DNA of 64,000 nt, taken from the NCBI GenBank assembly GCA_963770895.1, contig CAVYRF010000002.1, forward strand, positions 4,864,001 to 4,928,000. Reading direction: 5' to 3'. Below are positions 1 through 12,100 of this stretch, piece after piece (within the stretch, counting starts at the first letter, position 1; every line of letters begins with the position of its first letter). The notes beneath the pieces are model-generated. The model was given only the letters and a program-made list of their open reading frames with translations. It searched no databases and was not told the origin of the DNA. A program made the position numbers and the translations under genes. The stretch comes from an uncultured Acidobacteriota bacterium. Its GTDB lineage: Bacteria > Acidobacteriota > Thermoanaerobaculia > Multivoradales > UBA5704.

Positions 1-222
1 GAGATGCACCCCAGCGAGGCGGAAACCGCCGAGATCTTCCGCCTGCCGCTGTCCGCGTTCACCAACCCCAGGTTGGCCGAGGACCGCGAGGTGGTCTACG
101 ACGGCGTGCGCCGCAGCGTCCGCATCTACCACGTCGGCAACCGCCAGATCTGGGGCGTGACGGCGCGCATCCTGCACGTGCTGCTGGCGCGGCTCGGCAT
201 GGAAAGCGCGCCCGAAGACTGA
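1..222 (+). CDS. C-terminal part of a NUDIX hydrolase, CoA-pyrophosphatase (NudL-like) family; 5' end outside window
   Basis: ...E.AEIFRLPL...IWGVTARIL C-terminal motifs typical of CoA pyrophosphatases; frame open from the window edge. Confidence 0.7.
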   Translation, partial: EMHPSEAETAEIFRLPLSAFTNPRLAEDREVVYDGVRRSVRIYHVGNRQIWGVTARILHVLLARLGMESAPED

Positions 223-294
223 GGGAGCCCCGCCCCCGCCGACCACGCGCCGCGCTACCCGCGCCGCCAGCCGCCGCGAGCATCCCTGCCAGCC

Positions 295-1839
<1,545 letters not shown>

Positions 1840-2133
1840 AAATTCTCATACCCCCCTGGTCATCCAAACCAAACTGAGCCGCGTACACAGGATAGATCGG
1901 GATGTACCCGATCAGGACGGCCCGGGGGATCAGCCCCGTAACACCTACGCCCCGGGCCGCCCCCGTCTTCCCAGACTCGCCTCCCCGCATCGTTTTCTTC
2001 CATCTCTTGTGTTGGCACCCCGCCGGGGCGAGCGGCCCGGCGGAGCTCAACCCTTCTCCTGCTCCATCGCACCTTGGCGGCAGCCGTGCCTGCCCGCCGG
2101 ATCCATCTCCGGCGCACTTGCAGCCGTGGCCGA

Positions 2134-3168
2134 TCAATGCCGGGAGCGGTGGCGGTGGGTCGGTGCGGCGGCTTTGGCACCGCGACCTGGGTCGGTCGCG
2201 GGTGGGAGAGGTGCTTCGCCCAGCGGGATTTCCGCCGCGGCGCTCTCGGGTATCTGACTGGCCTGGGTGAGGCCGGCGTGGCGGGCCGGCTCGGTAGTAG
2301 GGGCAAGGGCGAAGAGGAACGGCACGTCGCCTTGGGCCAGCGGGACGGTGCCCGCGATGGAGCGGCCGGCGTGCACCTTGCCCAGCCTGGCGCCGGCGAT
2401 GGCCAGCGAGCCCGCGAACCGGGTCAGGAAACTGTCCAGGGTCAGCACCGGGAGCAGGACCAGCGCGACGTTGTCGCCGGTGTCGGTGGTGCCGGAGGGC
2501 GACCGATCGGCGTCGGCCGGCAGCAGGTAGAGGCCGCGGAAGGCGGCGCGGCCGTTGCGGATGGGGGCCGCCAGGATGCCGGCTGCCGCGGTCCATTGAT
2601 CGAGCGAGGCCTGCAGCTGCGGGATGCCGCCCGGGATGGCGGTCTGCAGCTGGCCGTTGGCCTGGTTCCTGCCGCAGTCGCCGCCGGCGATGCCGGTGCC
2701 GCCGCCGAACTCATAGCTCCAGCCGTCGACGAAGGCCTGCAGCGCGCCGTTGCCGTCCAGCGAGAAATCGATGTAGTAGGTGATCGAGCCGTCGATGTCG
2801 ACGCAGAAGTCCGGCGTGCCGCTGTGAAAGGTGAACTCCAGCGTGGCCAGCAGGTGGAGGGGATCGTGGCGATTCGGATCCTTGCTGTAGTACTCCGCGT
2901 CGCGATAGGCCACCCAGCCGGCATGGATGTCGCTGGTGCGGTTCGCCTGGCTTCCCAGCTGCGCGTCGACCGTGGCCTGGGCTTGCGCGGAATCGAAGAC
3001 TTCGGACAGGGCAAAGGGGATCTCGTCGTCGGGGCGCTGGGCGATCAGCAGCCGGGTGGCGCCGATGGTGGTCAATTGGTACTCGAAGTCGCCGCTCGCG
3101 GGCTGGTTGGTGTACGAGGTGGCACCCTGGAAGTCACCGGCAAACGAATAGAGCGAGAGCAAAGGCAT
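2134..3168 (-). CDS. Hypothetical protein (~344 aa)
   Basis: Start reassigned to ATG 3168, which follows an AGGAGG RBS; coding-like codon usage; no recognised family. Confidence 0.6.
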   Translation of the reverse strand: MPLLSLYSFAGDFQGATSYTNQPASGDFEYQLTTIGATRLLIAQRPDDEIPFALSEVFDSAQAQATVDAQLGSQANRTSDIHAGWVAYRDAEYYSKDPNRHDPLHLLATLEFTFHSGTPDFCVDIDGSITYYIDFSLDGNGALQAFVDGWSYEFGGGTGIAGGDCGRNQANGQLQTAIPGGIPQLQASLDQWTAAAGILAAPIRNGRAAFRGLYLLPADADRSPSGTTDTGDNVALVLLPVLTLDSFLTRFAGSLAIAGARLGKVHAGRSIAGTVPLAQGDVPFLFALAPTTEPARHAGLTQASQIPESAAAEIPLGEAPLPPATDPGRGAKAAAPTHRHRSRH

Positions 3169-3514
3169 GAGGCGTCCTCCTGTCGGTCCTGCATTGCGGG
3201 CGCGGTATGTCCCCAAGGAATCCGCCGCGAACCGGCGAATCCGCGCTGTCTTGATGCAGGCGCCTCCCGACACCATTTCGTTACATTTCGATGAGCGCAT
3301 GTGCTGCCCCGGCGCCTCGCGGGGCCGCCGGAGCGGCAACGGGACCGCGCACCCTGGCGCAGCTTCGCCAGGGCCGGGCGAGCGGCTGGGCGGAGGCGGT
3401 TTGCCCCGGCGCGCGGCTGGCTTAGAATGCTGGCCGGGAGGCGCTTGGCAGGCGGGCGGGCGCCCGGTATTGCTGGACGCCACGGCTCGAAACAGCTTTC
3501 AGGGGGAGACCGCG

Positions 3515-4600
3515 ATGACCATCAGCGAACACGCCGCAGGCAGCTCAATTGACCGCATCACCGGCTGGCTCGGCGACGAGGCGGAGTCTCTCCTGGGGTT
3601 CACCTGCAAGGGGATCCCGCGCGAGCGGCTGATGGTGCCGGGGCCGGACCACGTGGACCAGGCGTTCGGCGCCTCGGACCGCAAGCCGGCGGTGCTGGTC
3701 AACCTGCAGCGGATGTACGGCCACGGGCGGCTGGCCAACACCGGGTACCTGTCGATCCTGCCGGTGGACCAGGGCGTCGAGCATTCGGCGGCGGCGTCGT
3801 TCGCGCCCAATCCCGATTACTTCGACCCCGAAAACATCATCCGGCTGGCGATCGAAAGCGGCTGCAACGCCGTGGCCTCGACGATGGGGGTGCTGGGGTC
3901 GGTGGCGCGGCGCTATGCGCACAAGATCCCGTTCATCGCCAAGATCAACCACAACGAGCTGCTGTCGTATCCCAACAGCTTCGAGCAGATCCTGTTCGGC
4001 CAGGTGGAGCAGGCCTGGGAGATGGGCGCCGCGGCGGTCGGCGCGACGGTCTATTTCGGCAGCCCGGATTCGCACCGCGAAATCGTCGAGATCGCCGAAG
4101 CGTTCTACCACGCCCACCAGCTGGGCCTGGCGACGGTGCTCTGGGCCTACCTGCGCAACGACGCCTTCAAGAAGGACGGGGTGGATTACCACCAGTCCGC
4201 CGACCTGACCGGCCAAGCCAACCACCTGGCCGCCACCATGCAGGCCGACATCGTCAAGCAGAAGCAGGCCGACCGCAACGGCGGCTATCCGGCGCTCAAG
4301 TTCGGCAAGACCGACAAGCGGGTGTACGGCGAGCTGGTGACCGACCACCCCATCGACTGGGTGCGCTGGCAGGTGGTCAACTGCTACATGGGGCGCGCCA
4401 GCATGATCAACTCCGGCGGCGACTCGAAGGGGCAGAACGACCTGGAGCAGGCGGTGCGCACGGCGGTGATCAACAAGCGCGCCGGCGGCGCCGGGCTGAT
4501 CTCGGGCCGCAAGACGTTCCAGCGCCCGCTGCGCGAGGGCGTGGAGCTGTTCCACGCCATCCAGGACGTCTTCCTCTGCCCGGAGGTGACGGTCGCCTGA
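3515..4600 (+). CDS. fbaB: Fructose-bisphosphate aldolase class I (DhnA/FbaB type)
   Basis: [59 protein letters not shown]; ATG 3515 after GGGGAG RBS. Confidence 0.93.
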   Translation: MTISEHAAGSSIDRITGWLGDEAESLLGFTCKGIPRERLMVPGPDHVDQAFGASDRKPAVLVNLQRMYGHGRLANTGYLSILPVDQGVEHSAAASFAPNPDYFDPENIIRLAIESGCNAVASTMGVLGSVARRYAHKIPFIAKINHNELLSYPNSFEQILFGQVEQAWEMGAAAVGATVYFGSPDSHREIVEIAEAFYHAHQLGLATVLWAYLRNDAFKKDGVDYHQSADLTGQANHLAATMQADIVKQKQADRNGGYPALKFGKTDKRVYGELVTDHPIDWVRWQVVNCYMGRASMINSGGDSKGQNDLEQAVRTAVINKRAGGAGLISGRKTFQRPLREGVELFHAIQDVFLCPEVTVA

Positions 4601-4637
4601 TCCGGCTTGAGCCCGCCTGCGCCGGCCCGCCACCCGC

Positions 4638-7067
4638 TCACTGCACGCGCAAGGTGGACGCGGGATCGACGTTGGTCGCGCGGCGCGCCGGCACCAGGCA
4701 GGCCAGCAGCGCGGTGACGGCCAGGACGATTGCGGTGACGGCAAACTGCAACCAGCTGGCGGCATCGGTTTCGAACAGCTGGCTGGCCAGCAGGCGGCCG
4801 GCAAACCACGAGCCGACGGCGCCGGCGGCCAGGCCGGGGGCGATCCACCGGATGACCGGGCGCAGCGCGCCGGCCAGCACCTGCGCCCGGCTGGCTCCCA
4901 GGGCGACGCGGACGCCGATCTCGCGGCTGCGTTGCGCCACCGAGTGCGCCACGACGCCGTAGATGCCGAGCAGGCAGAGCACCAGGGCCAGGGCTGAAAA
5001 CGCCGAAAACAGCGCGGTGGTCAGCCGCCGGCGCGCCGTGGCGGTGCGCAGCAGCGACTCCATGGTCTGCAGATCGGGAAGCGGCTGGCTGGGGTCCAGG
5101 GCGTTGACCTCGCGCCGCAGGGCGCCGGCGATGCTGGCCGCCGGCAGCCGGGTGCGCAGCGCCAGGGCCATCGAATCGGGAGGCGACATCACGTCCGGCA
5201 GCTGGCGATGAGCAAGCAGCAGCGTCGGCCGCTCGCCTTGCTCGAGCGTCGCCTGCTGGATGTCGTCGAACACGCCGACGATCGCGACCGGCGCCGGGCT
5301 GATGCGCAGGATCAGATGCTGGCCCAGCGGGTTTTCGCCCGCGAAGTACTGGTCGCGGAAGGAGCGGCTGACGATCGCCGTGAGCGGCGCGCCGGGAGCG
5401 CTGCGCGGGTCGAAGTCGCGGCCGGCCAGCAGGCGTGCCTTGATCGTCTGCAGGTAGCCGGCGCCGGCGACGACGCGCAGCACCAGCGGCCGGTTTTCCG
5501 GCGGCAGCGGCGGCCTGCCGGCGATGGCGAAGGTGCCCAGGGCACCCTCCTCCAGCGGCGGCACCTCCACCATCGCAGCCGCCTCGATGCCGGGCAGCGT
5601 GCGCACGCGATCGACCAGGCCCTCGAAGAAGACGCGCCGCGCGGCGGGCGTCGGGTAGCGCGCCGCGGGCAGCGACACCTGCACGAAGGTCAGGTTGTGC
5701 GGGTCGAACCCGAGCTGCATGCCGTTGACCCGCTGCAAGCTGTGCAGCAGCAGCCCCGCCGCCGACAGCAGCACCAACACCAGGGCGACCTGGAACGACA
5801 CCAGCAGGCCCTGGCTGCGGCTCTCCCGCACGCCGCCGGCGGCGCCGCGCGCCGCTTCGCCCAGGAAGGCGCGCGGATCGGTGCGCAGCGTCTGCCACGC
5901 CGGCGCCAGGCCCGCCAGGATGCCGGCGAGCGCGGTGACCAGCAGGGCGAACGCCAGCACGGGCGGCGACAGGTGCACCTGGTCGATGCGCGGCAGGTCC
6001 GCGGGGTTGGCGGCGACCAGCAGCCGCAGCCCCCAGTCCGCCAGGATCACTCCCACCGCGCCGCCGGCGCCGGCGATCAGCAGGCTGTCGCCCAGCGCCT
6101 GGCCGAACACCTGCCGGCGGCCGGCGCCCAGGGCGATGCGGGTGGCGACCTCGCGCCGGCGCGCCAGGCCGGCGGCCAGCAGCAGGTTGGCCACGTCGGC
6201 ACAGGCGATCAGCAGCACCATCCCCACCGCCGCCAGCAGCACCAGCAGGGTGGTGCGGCTCTCGCCGACCAGGATTTCGTTGAGCCGCACCATGCCGAAG
6301 GGGAAGTTGATGTCGAGGTGCCCCTGGGGGTTGGCCTTGTAGGCGGCGAAGACGCGGTCGCCGTCCGCCTGCGCCGCCGCCGGCGAGACGCCCGGGCGCA
6401 GGCGCGCGGTCACCTCCAGGTAGCCGGAGCCCAGCTCCACCGCCTGGCGGGTGAGGAAGGTGATCTGGTTGGGGCGGGGCAGCCACACCTGCGCCGCGCG
6501 GAAGGGGAAGCGATAGGTGTCGGGCATCACGCCGATCACCGTCGTGGGCACGCCGTCGATCTGGATGCTGCGGCCCAGGACCGCCGGCGAGCCGCCGAAC
6601 CGCTGCCGCCAGAAGCCGTACGACAGCAGCGCCACGTCGGGGCCGCCGTCCCGCTGCTCCGCGGCGTTGAAGGCGCGCCCGGCGAGCGGCGCCAGGCCCC
6701 ATACCTCGAAGAAGCCGGCGCTCACCCGCACCGCCCCGATCTGCTGCGGCCGGTCCCGGTCGGTCAGGCCGGCGGTGGTTTCGAAGTGGGCGGCGACGGC
6801 GGCAAGGGCGCGATTGTTCGCCTGGAGCGCCAGAAACCGCGGCCAGGAGACTTCCCGCAGGTCGTGGCGCGGCGTCACGACGACGCCGACGTGCACCAGG
6901 CGGTCGGCGGCGGGGTAGGGCAGCGGGTGCAGGGCGACCGCATCGAGCAGGCTGAAGATCGCGGTGTTGGCGCCGACGGCAAGGGCCAGCGTGCAAGCGG
7001 CGGTGAGCGCCAGGCCCGGCCGGCGCAGCAGGCGGCGGACGCTGCCTTCGATCGCGGATAGCATCAT
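4638..7067 (-). CDS. ADOP-type duplicated MacB/FtsX ABC permease (~809 aa)
   Basis: LALAVGANTAIFSLL, LLIACADVANLLLA, RRREVATRIALGAGR, GIYGVVAHSVAQRSREIGVRVALGA; two MacB-PCD/FtsX halves; ATG 7067 overlaps the patatin stop (ATGA). Confidence 0.9.
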   Translation of the reverse strand: MMLSAIEGSVRRLLRRPGLALTAACTLALAVGANTAIFSLLDAVALHPLPYPAADRLVHVGVVVTPRHDLREVSWPRFLALQANNRALAAVAAHFETTAGLTDRDRPQQIGAVRVSAGFFEVWGLAPLAGRAFNAAEQRDGGPDVALLSYGFWRQRFGGSPAVLGRSIQIDGVPTTVIGVMPDTYRFPFRAAQVWLPRPNQITFLTRQAVELGSGYLEVTARLRPGVSPAAAQADGDRVFAAYKANPQGHLDINFPFGMVRLNEILVGESRTTLLVLLAAVGMVLLIACADVANLLLAAGLARRREVATRIALGAGRRQVFGQALGDSLLIAGAGGAVGVILADWGLRLLVAANPADLPRIDQVHLSPPVLAFALLVTALAGILAGLAPAWQTLRTDPRAFLGEAARGAAGGVRESRSQGLLVSFQVALVLVLLSAAGLLLHSLQRVNGMQLGFDPHNLTFVQVSLPAARYPTPAARRVFFEGLVDRVRTLPGIEAAAMVEVPPLEEGALGTFAIAGRPPLPPENRPLVLRVVAGAGYLQTIKARLLAGRDFDPRSAPGAPLTAIVSRSFRDQYFAGENPLGQHLILRISPAPVAIVGVFDDIQQATLEQGERPTLLLAHRQLPDVMSPPDSMALALRTRLPAASIAGALRREVNALDPSQPLPDLQTMESLLRTATARRRLTTALFSAFSALALVLCLLGIYGVVAHSVAQRSREIGVRVALGASRAQVLAGALRPVIRWIAPGLAAGAVGSWFAGRLLASQLFETDAASWLQFAVTAIVLAVTALLACLVPARRATNVDPASTLRVQ

Positions 7068-8242
7068 GGAGCTCCTTCCTGCTCGACCAGGCGGCGGATC
7101 TCGTCGCCGCGCGCCAGGGCGTCGCGCTCGCCGATATCCAGCAGGTGGTTCAGGTAGTCGCGCTGAAACATCAGCATCGAGAGGAAATCGGGAGTGTCGG
7201 TTTCGCGCGTGCCCAGGCTGCGCGTGAGATACCGGAACGCCGGCGGCAGGTGCGGCTCGTAGCGCGCCGCCAGGCCCCCCAGGTCTTCGGACGGCCGCAG
7301 CACCAGGATGTCGATCGGCCGCATCCCCTGGCGCTCGGCCACCGGCAGCGCGCCGAGCAGGCGATTGAACAGCTCCAGCTGGCGGGCGTCGCGGTCGAGC
7401 ACGTCGAGGAAGATGGAGTTCATCAGGTGCGACAGGATCTGCGCCGGCGGCGGGTAGCCCGAGATCTTGTGCCGCTGCGCCTCTTCGGCGCTCTGCTCGT
7501 AGCGCGGCGAGATCGCCAGGATCCGGGTCGCGCCCAGGTGCACGGCGGCGGCCAGCGGGGCGTCCAGGCGCACGCCGCCGTCGCCGTGCCACGAATCGCC
7601 CAGGCGCACCGCCGGAAAGAACAGCGGCAGCGCCGCGCTGGCCATCACGTGGTCGAGCGTCAGCCGGGCGCGCAGGCTGAGGTGGCGCGGCCGCGTCCAG
7701 GGCTGGATGTGGGCCCCCTGCACCCAGGTGACGGTCTGGCCGGTCGAATAGTTGAGGGTGGTCAGCGCCGCCGCCTGCAGCAGCCCCTGTTCCAGGTTGC
7801 GCTCGATGCCGACGAATTCGCCGTCCACCGTGGCGACGGTGCTTTCGATCAGCTGGTGCAGCGGCAGCGCGTCGACCAGGCCGCGCACCGACGGGGTGAG
7901 CGGCGAGCCGCCGGTCGACAGGCGCGTGATCCAGCGGCTGAAGTGGCGCAGCAGCGACGCGCTGTCGACGCGGAAGACGTCGGCCGGCTCCAGCTTGTCC
8001 CACACCGCCGACAGCCCCGCCGCGGCGGCGCCCAGCGGCCCCGGATGCGCCGCCAGGTAGACGGTGTTGATGCCGCCCGCCGAAACGCCGACCAGGATGG
8101 GGACGCGCAGGCCCGGCAGCAGGCGGCCGATGCCGCGCAGCACGCCGGCCTGGTAGGCGCCGCGGGCGCCGCCGCCCGACAGCACCAGCGCCAGGTTGGG
8201 CGGCCCGCTCACCTCGCTCACCCCGCTTACCCCGCTAACCAT
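7064..8242 (-). CDS. Patatin-like phospholipase
   Basis: LSGGGARGAY oxyanion loop, GVSAG nucleophile elbow, ASAALP.FFP, DGG catalytic motif. Confidence 0.9.
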   Translation of the reverse strand: MVSGVSGVSEVSGPPNLALVLSGGGARGAYQAGVLRGIGRLLPGLRVPILVGVSAGGINTVYLAAHPGPLGAAAAGLSAVWDKLEPADVFRVDSASLLRHFSRWITRLSTGGSPLTPSVRGLVDALPLHQLIESTVATVDGEFVGIERNLEQGLLQAAALTTLNYSTGQTVTWVQGAHIQPWTRPRHLSLRARLTLDHVMASAALPLFFPAVRLGDSWHGDGGVRLDAPLAAAVHLGATRILAISPRYEQSAEEAQRHKISGYPPPAQILSHLMNSIFLDVLDRDARQLELFNRLLGALPVAERQGMRPIDILVLRPSEDLGGLAARYEPHLPPAFRYLTRSLGTRETDTPDFLSMLMFQRDYLNHLLDIGERDALARGDEIRRLVEQEGAP

Positions 8243-8308
8243 TGCTCCCGGCGTGGGCGCCGCCGTGTGGGGATGCGGATATGATGCTCGCGGGGAGGTC
8301 CCGAACCG

Positions 8309-8926
8309 ATGAGATCGTTACGCATCCTGGTGGCGCTGATTGTACTCCTCGCCGCGGCCGCGGCGGCGGTCGTCTACTCGGGCGTCTACGACGTGTCGGC
8401 GGCCGCGCCCGAGGAGCCCTGGGTGGCGCGGCTCCTGGACACCGCCAAGGATCGGGCGATCGAAAAGCGCGTTGCCGAGATGCCGCCGCCGCCGCCCCTG
8501 ACCGACCCGTCGCAGGTCACCGTAGGCCAGCTCGACTTCGCCGAGATGTGCGTCACCTGCCACGGCGCCCCCGGCGTGCCCAAGTCGGAGATCGGCATGG
8601 GCCTCAACCCGGATGCGCCGGACCTCAAGGACGAAGCGCGCGGGGCGTCGCCGCAGCACCTCTTCTGGGTGATCAAGAACGGCATCAAGATGACCGGCAT
8701 GCCGGCCTTCGGCCTCACCCATTCGGACGCTGAGATCTGGTCCATGGTCGCCTTCCTCAAACAGCTGCCGCAGATGGACGCGGCGCAGTACGCCGCCAGC
8801 CTGAAGGCCGCCTCGCCCGCCAGCCCGCCGGCCGGGCCGGTCAGCCCGCCGGCCGGGCCGGTCAGCCCGCCGGCCGCAACGCCGCCCGCCTCGCCGCCTG
8901 CTTCGTCCGCTTCGCCGCCCGGCTGA
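8309..8926 (+). CDS. Membrane-anchored monoheme c-type cytochrome with Pro/Ala-rich tail
   Basis: N-terminal TM/signal, CVTCH heme motif, FWVIKNGIKMTGMPAF; 21-bp tandem repeat (GPVSPPA) near 8821-8876. Confidence 0.85.
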   Translation: MRSLRILVALIVLLAAAAAAVVYSGVYDVSAAAPEEPWVARLLDTAKDRAIEKRVAEMPPPPPLTDPSQVTVGQLDFAEMCVTCHGAPGVPKSEIGMGLNPDAPDLKDEARGASPQHLFWVIKNGIKMTGMPAFGLTHSDAEIWSMVAFLKQLPQMDAAQYAASLKAASPASPPAGPVSPPAGPVSPPAATPPASPPASSASPPG

Positions 8927-9194
8927 GCCGGTTCCGCGGCCGGCAACCCCCCCGCCGTATCGCGCGCCTGGCGGCGGTGCCGATGCCGGGTGCGGGCCGG
9001 GCTCGGCCGCTCGACTGTTAGACGCAGTCGCGTTTGCAAATTAGCCAATCTTGAGCCACACTTATAGGGCTTCTGCCACATTTCGCGCCGTGCAGCGCTT
9101 TCCGGATGGAGCCAGCGCCAACGGCCCACGACGAGTACCTGATGGTCTGTCTGCCTCCTTGGCAGGGGGCGGATTTACGAGGGAGAAGTCAGAC

Positions 9195-12100
9195 ATGCAA
9201 CTTGGTTTTCGGCCCCTGGTCAAGCTGACAGCTCTGGCGCTCCTGGCGGGTGTGGTGATGACCGCCGCGCCGCTCGCCGCCGCGACACCCACCGCGCAGT
9301 TCACCGCGCTGCTCGATCTCGACAACAACCCCGGCACCGGCTGCACCGTGGCCACGGTCGACGGCCCGTTCAAGGGCGTCGACCAGATGCTGGTGACGAC
9401 GGTCGACCTGACCCAGACGCCGCCGGTGGTGATCTCGGTCACCCGGCAGGCCTGCAACCAGGGCACCCAGACCTTCGGCGCCGCGGTGCCGATCAATTCG
9501 CCCTACGCGCCGCCATGGCCGGTGGGCGTCCACAACGGCACCAGCGGCTCCGACGTGGTGGAAACCTACGTGCCGCTCGGCAACCTGTCGGTCGGGACGA
9601 CGATCCACTTTGGCTTCACTTCCGCCGTGGTCGGCGGCAGCCCGACGGCCGTAGACGCCGACCTGACCACCACCGGCAAGCCCGGCGGCTCGCCGATCCT
9701 GCTGTCGGCGACGCCGCTCGCCGAGGTGCCGACGCTGGGCACCATCGGCCTGCTGCTGCTCGGCCTGCTGCTCGCCTCGAGCGCCGTGTACGTGCTGGGG
9801 CGGCGCGGCGCCGGCCGCGGCACCAAGACCGTGGTGGCCGGCCTGCTGCTGCTCAGCATCGGCATGGGCGTCGCCTGGTCGGCCGGCGACCTGACGCCCA
9901 ACGGCACCACCGGCGGCTGGGCGGGCACCGGCCCGATCGCGGTCGACGTGGTGGGGGACGCGCCGGTCAACGCCGACCTGGTGGCGGAGTTCGCCGCCGT
10001 CCAGAACGACATCCTGTACATCCGCTTTGACGCCTTCATCGCCGGCCAGCCGGCGGTGATGTCCACCACGCCCATCGACGGCGCCACCGGCGTCGCCGGC
10101 AACAGCACCGTGACGGTCACCTTCAACGAACCGGTCGCCGTCACCGCCGCCACCTTCTCGCTGCAGTGCCCGACCGGCACGCCCACGGCGTTCACCCTGT
10201 CGCCCGCGGCGCCCGGCAACGCGTCCACCTACACGCTGACGCCCACCGCCACCCTGCCGCCGGGGGTGACCTGCGCCCTGACGGTGACCGGCAGCACGGT
10301 GACCGATCCCTCGGGCCTGCACATGGCGGGCGACTTCAACTCGACGTTCACCACCGACGGGCCGCCCTCGGTGACCTCGACGACGCCGGCCAACGGCGCC
10401 ACGTCGGTGGCGCTCAACAGCACGGTGACGGTCAACTTCAGCAAGGCGGTCAACGTCACCTCTTCGGCGTTCTCGCTGCAGTGCCCGACAGGCACGCCCG
10501 AAACGTTCAACGTCGCGCCGGCGCCGCCGGGCGGGGCCTCGACCTTCACCCTGACGCCCACGGCGCCGCTGCCCGCCGGCGCCACCTGCACGCTCACCGT
10601 GTCCGCGGCACAGGTGACCGACGTCGCCGCCGGCACCCACATGACGGCGGACTACACCGGCACCTTCACCGTCGACACCGCGCCGACCGTGACCGGCACC
10701 ACCCCCGCCAACGGCGCCACCACGGTGTCGCTCAGCGCGCCGCTCACCGTCACCTTCAGCAAGGCGGTCAACGTCACCGGCACGGCGTTCAAGCTGGAGT
10801 GCCCGACCGGCACCTCCGAACCGTTCACCCTGGCGCCGGCGGCGCCGGGCGGGTCGACGACCTTCACCCTGACGCCCACGGCCAACCTGCCGGCCGCCAC
10901 CACCTGCACCGTCACCGTCGTCGGCTCGCAGGTCACCGACGTGGCGGCGGGCACGCCGCTCGGCGCCAATTACGTCTTTTCGTTCACCACCGACACCGTC
11001 CCCACGGTGACCTCGACGACGCCGACCAACAACGCCACCAACCAGGCGCCGACGACGACGGTGGTGATCAACTTCAGCACCACGATGAACGTCACCGCGT
11101 CGGCGTTCAAGCTGGAGTGCCCGGTGGGCACGCCGCAAGCGTTCACCGTCGCGCCGGCGCCGCCGGGCGGAGCGACCAGCTTCACCCTGACGCCCACGGC
11201 CAGCCTGCCGACCGCGACGACCTGCACGGTCACCGTGGTCGCGTCGCAGGTCGGTGACACCGCCGCCGGCACGCCGATCGCGGCCAACTACGTCTTCACC
11301 TTCGGCGTCGGCACGCCGCCGGCGGTGACCTCGACCACCCCGGCCAGCAACGCCACCAACGTGCTGGCTTCGACGACGATCTCGATCACCTTCAGCAAGG
11401 CGGTCAACGTCACCGGCACCGCCTTCAAGCTGGAGTGCCCGTCCGGCGCGCCGCAGGCGTTCACGGTGTCGCCGGCGCCGCCGGGCGGCGTCACGACGTT
11501 CACCCTGACGCCGTCGGCCAATCTGCCCGCCAGCACGACCTGCACGGTCACCGCGGTGGCGGCGCAGATCACCGATACGGTGGCGGGCCTGCACCCGGCC
11601 GCCGACTACCTGTTCAACTTCACCATCGATTCGCCGCCGACGGTGACTTCCACGACGCCGGCTTCGGGCGCCACGTCGGTGGCGCTCAACTCGACCGTCA
11701 GCTTCACCTTCAACAAGGCGGTCAACATCACCGGCTCGGCGGCGTTCACGCTGCAGTGCCCGAGCGGCACGCCGGTGGCGTTCAACGTCGCGCCGGCAGC
11801 GCCGGGCGGCGTCGCCACCTTCACCCTGACGCCCACCGCCAACATGCCGGCCGGCACGACCTGCACGGCGACGGCGGTGGCGGCGCAGATCAAGGACCTG
11901 GCCGGCACCAACCTGGCCAGCAACTACGTCTTCACCTTCACCACCGACGTCGCGCCGACGGTGACGTCGACGACGCCGGCCAGCGGCGCCAGCTCGGTGG
12001 CGCTCAACTCGACGGTGGTCTTCACCTTCAGCAAGGCGGTCACCACCACGGCGACGTCGTTCACGCTGCAGTGCCCGAGCGGCACGCCGGTGGCGTTCAC

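Noticed and set aside
7068-8003. N-terminal extension of the ADOP ORF (ORF track 4638..8003)
   Set aside because: Overlaps the patatin gene in another frame; family homology starts at 7067
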